From a candidate division WOR-3 bacterium (lineage in GTDB: Bacteria > Hydrothermota > 32-111), in assembly GCA_037481815.1 (NCBI GenBank), contig JBBFKX010000001.1:704001-768000 (forward strand): a stretch of 64,000 nucleotides of DNA. Reading direction: 5' to 3'. Below the pieces are notes generated by a model. It was not told the origin of the DNA and did not search any database. It saw nothing but the letters and a program-made list of their open reading frames with translations. Made by a program: the position numbers and the translations under genes. Of the stretch, positions 57,031-64,000 are shown in pieces; position 1 is the first letter of the stretch, and the number at the start of each line of letters is the position of its first letter.

Positions 57031-58072
57031 ATCAGCACACACTTTGGATTGGATAAAATTTTTAAAACAACTCGATATGTTTAATCTGTTTTATATTTCT
57101 CTTAAAAAAGATTTTAAACCAGTAGAAAACAGTTTTTTTATAGATTTTGATCTGCCTTTCTATAAAATAAACCTTTTGAAAAGTTATTTTAAAGTTCAAA
57201 ACATGATAAAAAAAATTCAACCTGATCTAATTCACGCTCACTATCTTTTTCCTTATGGACTCCTAACACTTAACGATCAGAAAAAAACTATAATCTCATT
57301 CTGGGGAAGCGATATAACAAATGACTACAAAAATTCTAACTTTTTTTTCAAATATCTTGCAGACCTATCGATAAAACAGGCAGATTACATTACATTTGCA
57401 GGAAAACATTTAAAAAAATTTTTCAACTATGAAATCAAAGAATCTGATCTTTTGATCTGGGGGGTCGATAAGAATTTTATCGATAAAATCGATCCTTTAG
57501 AAAAAGAAAAAATCGGTTTTTCAAAAGATGATTTCATCGTTTTAAATTTACGCTTTATAAGGGAAATCTTTCAAATCGAGAGAGTTATAGCAACCTTAGA
57601 AGAGTTGAATAAAAACTATAACAATATTAAACTTATTTTGATAAAAGGGGATGATTCTTCTTACTATAGAATGATAAAAGAAAAATGTAAGAACCTTTCT
57701 TTTGTGAAAATCTTAGAAAATTTTTCAAAGGAAAAGTTTATATCTCTGATCAAGGGTTGTGATTTAACACTTTCACTCTCTTTAAGGGATGGGAGTCCGG
57801 TATCTGTTAAAGAAGCGATGATGTGCGAAAAGATCGTTTTATATCAAGATATAGAACCGATGAAGGAATTCTTTGGACAAAAAGATTTTTTGACATCCTT
57901 AAAAACACTGGAAAAAAAAGAATTGTATGAAAAAATTTTATTTTATTATAAAAATAGAAATGTTTTAAATGAAACAGGGAAAAAGATGAAAAAGTTTGCA
58001 GAAGAAAATTTTGAAAGAGAAAAATGTTTTAAAAAAGGTTTAGAAATTTATAAAAAACTTCTTGGAGAATGA
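56996..58072 (+). CDS. GT4 family glycosyltransferase
   Basis: PDLIHAH, WGSDI, DGSPVSVKEAM. Confidence 0.85.
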   Translation: MKKKILLIAPPESAHTLDWIKFLKQLDMFNLFYISLKKDFKPVENSFFIDFDLPFYKINLLKSYFKVQNMIKKIQPDLIHAHYLFPYGLLTLNDQKKTIISFWGSDITNDYKNSNFFFKYLADLSIKQADYITFAGKHLKKFFNYEIKESDLLIWGVDKNFIDKIDPLEKEKIGFSKDDFIVLNLRFIREIFQIERVIATLEELNKNYNNIKLILIKGDDSSYYRMIKEKCKNLSFVKILENFSKEKFISLIKGCDLTLSLSLRDGSPVSVKEAMMCEKIVLYQDIEPMKEFFGQKDFLTSLKTLEKKELYEKILFYYKNRNVLNETGKKMKKFAEENFEREKCFKKGLEIYKKLLGE

Positions 58073-59261
58073 TTTGAAAAAAATTCTTCATCTTTCAACG
58101 ATACCCGTATGGGTTATTGGAAAAAATTCTGGAATGCCTTCTGTAATGAAAACATTAAAATATTATGATGAAAAAGGTTTTTGCCAACTGTACATTTATC
58201 CATCTAATAAAAATTCTTCGAAAATATTGTTTAAAAATTGTAAAATATTATCTTTGAAAATCCCTGAAATATTTTTAGATCAAAAACACTTAAAATCATA
58301 TCACCTTTTCAACAAATTAAGATTCATATACTTTTCAACAATATATCCCTTTAAATTAAAAAATGTAATAAAAAATTTCACCCCTGACTTTGTTTATGCA
58401 CATTTACAGTATATGCCTTTAACTTCCTATATACTTTTCCGCAGGAAAAAACCGATCTTTGTAAGATATTATGGCTTCGTTGACGCTTACAAATATATTT
58501 TAAACAACAGATTTTATAAATTTGAAGAAAACCTTTTACCTTTCAGATTGAACCTTACAGGATATATTCTTGTGAACGATGGTACAGGTGGAGATGAAAT
58601 CGCATTCAAACGTGGTGTTGATAGAAAAAAAATTTTATATCTAATAAATGGAGTTGATGATTTTCCCTCTTTGACGGAAGAAGAAAAATTTGAGTTGAAG
58701 AAAGATCTTAAAATAAAAGAAAAACCCGTTTTTCTTTTCCTTAACAGATTATCGAAACTTAAAGGTGTTGATCTTTTTATGAATTTCTTAGAAAAATTTC
58801 CTGAAAAAAAGAGTGTAATTTTTTTAATAATAGGAGATGGGGATGAAAGGGATAACCTGTTAAACTTTTTGGATTCAAAAAAAATTGATTATAGATACAT
58901 CGGAAGCGTCAAACAAAATGAAACTTATAAATATTATCAAATATCTGATCTGTTTTTATCCTTTAATGTCCTATCCTCCCTTAACAACCCGGTTCTTGAA
59001 AGTGTTAAAAATGAAACTCCTGTTTTAAGCTTAAAAAGAGGTTTCAAAACTGAATTTATGAACGACTATATTTTTTCTTTTGATACAGTAGAAGAGATGG
59101 TAGATTTTGCAAAACTCTTTCTTTCTATCAGAAGAGATCAAAATGAAATGAATAAAATAAAGGACAGGATTAAAAACTTTGAAAAACATTATCTTTGGTC
59201 ATGGGAAGAAAGGATGAACACTGAATTTGATTTTGTTAAAGAAAGGTTGAAAAATGTTTAA
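58062..59261 (+). CDS. GT4-like glycosyltransferase
   Basis: PDFVYAH, NGVD, NRL..LKG, IGDGDE, NPVLES. Confidence 0.8.
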   Translation: MENDLKKILHLSTIPVWVIGKNSGMPSVMKTLKYYDEKGFCQLYIYPSNKNSSKILFKNCKILSLKIPEIFLDQKHLKSYHLFNKLRFIYFSTIYPFKLKNVIKNFTPDFVYAHLQYMPLTSYILFRRKKPIFVRYYGFVDAYKYILNNRFYKFEENLLPFRLNLTGYILVNDGTGGDEIAFKRGVDRKKILYLINGVDDFPSLTEEEKFELKKDLKIKEKPVFLFLNRLSKLKGVDLFMNFLEKFPEKKSVIFLIIGDGDERDNLLNFLDSKKIDYRYIGSVKQNETYKYYQISDLFLSFNVLSSLNNPVLESVKNETPVLSLKRGFKTEFMNDYIFSFDTVEEMVDFAKLFLSIRRDQNEMNKIKDRIKNFEKHYLWSWEERMNTEFDFVKERLKNV

Positions 59262-60507
59262 AAAGTCACTTTTAACATTTATAAGTGAACTTATAATACT
59301 TTTTATAGGCATAGGAACAACGATTATAATCAATAGAGGTTTAGGACCAGTAAACAAAGGATATTATGCTTTCATTATACTCGTATCTTCAACTCTCTCA
59401 ATGGTTCTGGAATTCGGGTTTTCTACAGGACTTTCATATTATTCAGGGAAAAAAATATCAATTTCAACGGATAAATGGAAAACCTTGTCTATAGTTCTAA
59501 CACTTCTATTCTTTCTAATTTCAACTGTTGCGACTTTCCTTTTGATTCTATTCTATGACGATCAGAGAGGTTTTTTTATAATTCCATTGTTATTCTTTGT
59601 ACAGATATCTTCAAAATTCACTCTCGGACTTTACCTTGGATCACTTAAGATAAAGCTTTTTAATATCATCAGGACACTTCCAATCTTCATCGAGATAACA
59701 TTATTAATATCTCTGATAATTTTGAAAATAAAAATAACTCCAATAAACATATCTCTTATATACTTTTTCTCACTTTTTATACCTCTTACGATGTCGATAT
59801 ATTTTCTTTTTCCATTCAAATTTCAATTCCCTGATTTAAAAGAACTTATCTCAATAACCAGATACAGTTTTTTTATATATCTTGCAAATCTCATGTCTTT
59901 TTTAAATTATAGAATCGATATGTTTTTGATATCATTCTTTTTAAAACCTGAATACCTTGGATGGTATTCCGTTGCTGTTTTTATAATTGAAAAGACACGA
60001 TTGTTATCACAATCAACTTCACTTGTGAATTTCGCATTAAAAGTCAACCAGGATGTAAAAGATTCTTTTGAACTCTCCATGAGGATCGTAAACACCATAA
60101 ACATTCTGGTTGCAATTTTTATAGTAATAACAGCGTATCCACTGGTAACCATTCTTTACTCCCCCGCATATAAAGAATCAATAATTCCTATGATCATTCT
60201 TGCACCAGCCATACTCTCTAATGGTTATGCAAAAATGTTATCTTCGGAACTATCAGGTGACGGAATTATAAAGGTTCAGTTATTTGCTTCGATAATAAGT
60301 GTTATGATAAACATCCTTTTAAATCTTGTGCTCATACCAAAATTTAAAATCGTTGGAGCATCGGTCGCATCACTATTTTCATATTCTTTGAACACTTTTA
60401 TAATTTTAATATTCTTTTTAAAACATTATAAAAAGAGTTTAAAAAATATGATTATAATCTCAAAAACCGATTTAATTAAGATCAAAAACTATTTTAAATC
60501 TCTTTGA
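59254..60507 (+). CDS. Wzx-type flippase
   Basis: About 12 TM helices, RGLGP..KG, RID...I, GWYSVA, LNLVLIP..GAS.AS. Confidence 0.85.
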   Translation: MFKKSLLTFISELIILFIGIGTTIIINRGLGPVNKGYYAFIILVSSTLSMVLEFGFSTGLSYYSGKKISISTDKWKTLSIVLTLLFFLISTVATFLLILFYDDQRGFFIIPLLFFVQISSKFTLGLYLGSLKIKLFNIIRTLPIFIEITLLISLIILKIKITPINISLIYFFSLFIPLTMSIYFLFPFKFQFPDLKELISITRYSFFIYLANLMSFLNYRIDMFLISFFLKPEYLGWYSVAVFIIEKTRLLSQSTSLVNFALKVNQDVKDSFELSMRIVNTINILVAIFIVITAYPLVTILYSPAYKESIIPMIILAPAILSNGYAKMLSSELSGDGIIKVQLFASIISVMINILLNLVLIPKFKIVGASVASLFSYSLNTFIILIFFLKHYKKSLKNMIIISKTDLIKIKNYFKSL

Positions 60508-60508
60508 T

Positions 60509-62506
60509 ATGTATCTTTTTTTTATTTTTATTTTAGTTTTTTGTGGTCTAAATCTTAACGGTTCAATCAAAAATGAATATCTTGTTGGATGGTATTTAAA
60601 CAATGATGAAAAAATTTCAAAATCTTTCCTTGGTATAGATGGTGGATATTATAAAGATGATTTTACTACCTATTATGATCTTTTTATACAATATACTCTT
60701 TATAACAGAGAAAAAGATTTAACAAAAACTGATCCTTTAAAGTTCCAACAGTTGTTAAACTTACCACATTCAAAATATATGATTATCACTCTCCCGGCTT
60801 ATTCAACATTTTCAAGAAACCTTTTTTCATTTTTCAACTCAGATTCAAATAAAGTGTCAATTCTACAGTATGGAAAAGTTTTTTTGATAAATAGAGAAAG
60901 TCAAAAAATACTGGATGAAAACAATATTGGAGATTATGTATCTACATTCTGGGACAAAAACATTCCGACATACGGAGTTCTTAAAGTTAAAAATTTAAAA
61001 AAAGATGAAAAAATATTGATCGAGATTGATAAAGATAAAATTTTCAATTTAAAGTCGAATGCGGCTGTAAACATCTATTTTGATATATTTGGTTTATCCT
61101 ATAAATTGCTTAATAAAAACTCGTACATCAATATAATTTTTGAACTATCAGTTGAAGATTCTCTTTTCCATTTTATAATTGGAAACAGAACAAACACTTT
61201 TATTGATCAAAAATACAAAAATTTTATCAGAACAGATTTTAATTTGAATACGATTTCAGGTAGTAAAAAAGTAAAAATATCAAAACAGGATCGAGTAAAA
61301 TATATTTTGAATATACCTTCAAATCAAATCTCCGATACCATCTGGCAAACATTTCAATTCAATCTAACAGATTTTCTCAATGAAAAGTTAGGGTTAGAAA
61401 ATTATAAAATATCTGGACTAAAAATCATATTAAAGGATACATATGTTGGCAACTTCAGTTTTTCTTATAAAAACCAAAAAAAGGTTCAACAGGTAAAATT
61501 TATAGTTGACTCATTATGCTCTCTTGACGATAAAAGAATAATTGGATTCTATCTTGAAGATGAAATAGAACCAAAAACTATAATAAACCTCGACAGATGG
61601 TTTTTTGAATACCGCAGTGATATTTATCAAAATAATCTTCTAAAAAGAAACGATGAAACAACCGTTTACTACATGAACGAGATTATCAATTATATTAAAA
61701 ACAAAAACTTTATCCCATTTGTTTTACATTCAGCGCAATTTTATGATTATAAAAATGATGACAAACTAAAACTAATGATGTTCGAAGATACTTGTTTTCT
61801 TCTTTCAAGTGATTATATAATGTTTGACGATTATCTTTACGATGAATTTTTTTTAAAAAGGTTTAAAAAAATATATGATTTTGCAAGACAAAATTCAAAA
61901 AAGATTCTTTACATAGGGGATGCCTATAAAGATTTAAAAAATGATAAATTAAAATTTGATAAAATAAAATGGAGATTCTTTTCTCCCTATATTTTAGGTT
62001 CAAATGGAATAATTTTTTATGCATATTATTATGACAATACCGACAGTAAAGAAAAATTTCAAAATGACTTTTACAAACAAAAAATAGGACTCTTTTCAAA
62101 ATTTTTAAGTGAAAGCTCGTTAAAAAGAATAGAAAATTCAAAAGAGTTTTTTATTCAAAAAGGATTCTTTGAAAGATATTCAAAAATTGTTGTAACAGAT
62201 GATGGAAGAATATTTTTTCTATATCTGACAAACACAAAAGATGAGAATTATCCTTTGATTTGTCCATTCGACGTTGAAGACGAGGATGTGGCAAATTTAA
62301 AATCGTTTCTTGATGATAAGAAATTTAATGTTTATCAGATCGATTTCAAATATTTTGAAAATCCCGAAAAGGTAAAAGAATACCTGCTACCAGTATCCGT
62401 AAAAAATAAAATGAGTTTAACTGAAATTTTAAAAAATGAAGATTTATCAAAGTTCAACAATAGGTTTGATATAAAAATAGCAGTATTTCAATATATCAAA
62501 AAATAG
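60509..62506 (+). CDS. Secreted hypothetical protein, possible glycoside hydrolase-like TIM barrel
   Basis: Signal peptide; GFYLEDE, DYIMFDDY, GSNGIIFYAY; last gene of the polysaccharide operon. Confidence 0.5.
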   Translation: MYLFFIFILVFCGLNLNGSIKNEYLVGWYLNNDEKISKSFLGIDGGYYKDDFTTYYDLFIQYTLYNREKDLTKTDPLKFQQLLNLPHSKYMIITLPAYSTFSRNLFSFFNSDSNKVSILQYGKVFLINRESQKILDENNIGDYVSTFWDKNIPTYGVLKVKNLKKDEKILIEIDKDKIFNLKSNAAVNIYFDIFGLSYKLLNKNSYINIIFELSVEDSLFHFIIGNRTNTFIDQKYKNFIRTDFNLNTISGSKKVKISKQDRVKYILNIPSNQISDTIWQTFQFNLTDFLNEKLGLENYKISGLKIILKDTYVGNFSFSYKNQKKVQQVKFIVDSLCSLDDKRIIGFYLEDEIEPKTIINLDRWFFEYRSDIYQNNLLKRNDETTVYYMNEIINYIKNKNFIPFVLHSAQFYDYKNDDKLKLMMFEDTCFLLSSDYIMFDDYLYDEFFLKRFKKIYDFARQNSKKILYIGDAYKDLKNDKLKFDKIKWRFFSPYILGSNGIIFYAYYYDNTDSKEKFQNDFYKQKIGLFSKFLSESSLKRIENSKEFFIQKGFFERYSKIVVTDDGRIFFLYLTNTKDENYPLICPFDVEDEDVANLKSFLDDKKFNVYQIDFKYFENPEKVKEYLLPVSVKNKMSLTEILKNEDLSKFNNRFDIKIAVFQYIKK

Positions 62507-62544
62507 GTTTTTTTTTACAATTTTAACAGTTCTGCTATTTAAAC

Positions 62545-62572
62545 TTGACATAGATATTTATAGAGTTATTAT
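62545..62572 (+). promoter_or_regulatory. Sigma70-type promoter, probably leaderless HD-GYP gene
   Basis: TTGACA-16-TATTAT-6 nt-ATG, no SD. Confidence 0.65.
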
Positions 62573-62578
62573 AAAATT

Positions 62579-63730
62579 ATGAAAATAGATCAAAAAGAGA
62601 TTTTGAACGAACTTATAGAAATCTCGATAATGATTAGTTCGATCCCCAACCTTAACCAACTTCTTGAAATAGTTTTAAAAAAAGCAAGAGAGATTACAAA
62701 TTCTGATGCCGGTTCTCTTTACTTAAAAGATAAAAACAGGTTGGTCTTTTTGATAACCCAAAACGATACATTAAAGGACATACATAAAAAGTTTAAAGCG
62801 TTTCCTATAAACATTGATAAAACATCGATAGCAGGTTATGCTGCTTTTACAAAAAATATTATAAATATTCCCGATGTTTATATGCTTTCAAACGAGTACC
62901 CATTCTCTTTCAACGATGAATTTGATAAGAAAAATAATTACAGAACAAAATCGATGCTTACAATACCAATGAAGGATAACGAAAATGAGGTTATAGGTGT
63001 TTTACAACTTATCAATTCAAAAGATGAAAAAGGTAACATCACATCATATTCAAAGGAGATCGAAAAGATAATAGAGTCGTTTGCCTCAATAGCAGCTGTT
63101 TCAATAAAAAATGTTCAACTCAAGGAAAATATCAAAAGAGCATATCTTGAAACGATATACAGATTATCAGTCGCTGCAGAATACAAGGATACCGACACTG
63201 GAACACATATAAAAAGAATGAGTAAATATTCTGAACTCATTGCAAAAAAACTTGGATTTTCAGATGAGTTCTGTGAGTTGATACTCTATGCATCCCCATT
63301 ACACGATATTGGAAAACTTGGTATTCCTGATGCAATTCTCACAAAGCCAGCAAAACTAACTCCCGAAGAATGGGAAATAATGAAAAGGCATACAACGATG
63401 GGATATGAAATTCTTGCTGGATCAACAGAAAAATTAATAAATTTTGCTTCTTCAATAGCGTTAAACCATCATGAAAGATTTGATGGAACAGGTTATCCAA
63501 GCGGAAAAAAAGGCGAAGAGATTCCCATTGAAGGACGTATTGTAGCACTTGCCGATGTTTTCGATGCTCTTTCTACAAAAAGACCATATAAGGATGCATG
63601 GCCACTGGATAAGATATTAACAGAAATAGAAAATCAGAGAAATAAACAGTTTGATGGAAAAATCGTCGATGTTTTTCTATCAAATCTTGATGAGTTCTTA
63701 AAAATCCAAAACGAATTTAAAGAAGATTAA
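62579..63730 (+). CDS. GAF + HD-GYP cyclic di-GMP phosphodiesterase
   Basis: GAF (AGSLYL, FD..NYRTKSML, GVLQLIN); LHDIGK, HHERFDGTGYP, ADVFDAL..RPYK. Confidence 0.93.
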   Translation: MKIDQKEILNELIEISIMISSIPNLNQLLEIVLKKAREITNSDAGSLYLKDKNRLVFLITQNDTLKDIHKKFKAFPINIDKTSIAGYAAFTKNIINIPDVYMLSNEYPFSFNDEFDKKNNYRTKSMLTIPMKDNENEVIGVLQLINSKDEKGNITSYSKEIEKIIESFASIAAVSIKNVQLKENIKRAYLETIYRLSVAAEYKDTDTGTHIKRMSKYSELIAKKLGFSDEFCELILYASPLHDIGKLGIPDAILTKPAKLTPEEWEIMKRHTTMGYEILAGSTEKLINFASSIALNHHERFDGTGYPSGKKGEEIPIEGRIVALADVFDALSTKRPYKDAWPLDKILTEIENQRNKQFDGKIVDVFLSNLDEFLKIQNEFKED

Positions 63731-63987
63731 ACTTTTAGTTTTAAACTCACCATTTTTGCTGTAACACCACTTATTTTTTGTAAATTCTCAAACAACTCTT
63801 TACCCTCTTTGTCGGTTCCAGCAAGTTCAACGATCAAAAGTCCACATTCAGAACACTTGTTTTCAACACCATCATGTATTCCCAATCTCGTCTTTATTAT
63901 ACAACCATATTTTGTTAACGTTTCCTGAACCTTAACAGCGGATTTACTTCTGTTTGAAACAAGAATTAGGATAACATTTTTTTTCAT
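63727..63987 (-). CDS. TM1266-like ACT-fold protein (second paralog)
   Basis: NR...A.KVQETLTKYGCIIKTRLGIH aligns by eye with 33730-34005; AAGGAGG SD. Confidence 0.75.
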   Translation of the reverse strand: MKKNVILILVSNRSKSAVKVQETLTKYGCIIKTRLGIHDGVENKCSECGLLIVELAGTDKEGKELFENLQKISGVTAKMVSLKLKV

Positions 63988-64000
63988 ATAACCTCCTTAA

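Overview
AT-rich bacterial chromosomal window. The [FeFe]-hydrogenase maturases point to an anaerobe, and the lipoproteins, Wza-like export and five T9SS-like C-terminal tails point to a diderm; an FCB-related or WOR-3/TA06-like lineage is only an inference. Housekeeping content: CNNM-ybeY-7TM/HD-phoH block, ferredoxin, lepB, lpdA, gyrB, dciA, nth, guaB, rnr, DinG helicase, pilB, three tRNAs (Gly-CCC, fMet-CAT, Asp-GTC), the TM1266-hydG-hydF-hydE operon and a Wzx/Wzy polysaccharide locus. Two accessory regions stand out. (1) 18259-24764, at the 3' end of tRNA-Asp: a half-size HsdS-like gene and an intact HsdM-like gene lacking both catalytic motifs, then a four-gene MoxR AAA+ / unknown / HExxH-vWA / unknown unit. 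(2) 34174-42347: three large secreted beta-propeller proteins and a PD-(D/E)xK-like nuclease, headed by a 28-codon leader ORF carrying a (CT)14 microsatellite whose length would give translational coupling, in-frame fusion or out-of-frame overrun. Other signals: a paralogous coiled-coil lipoprotein and LysM pair, a small secreted CCC peptide between two LolA-like genes, a sigma54/IHF promoter before an M6 protease, mostly 16-bp promoter spacers, and many apparently leaderless genes. All calls come from reading motifs by eye; no searches were run.
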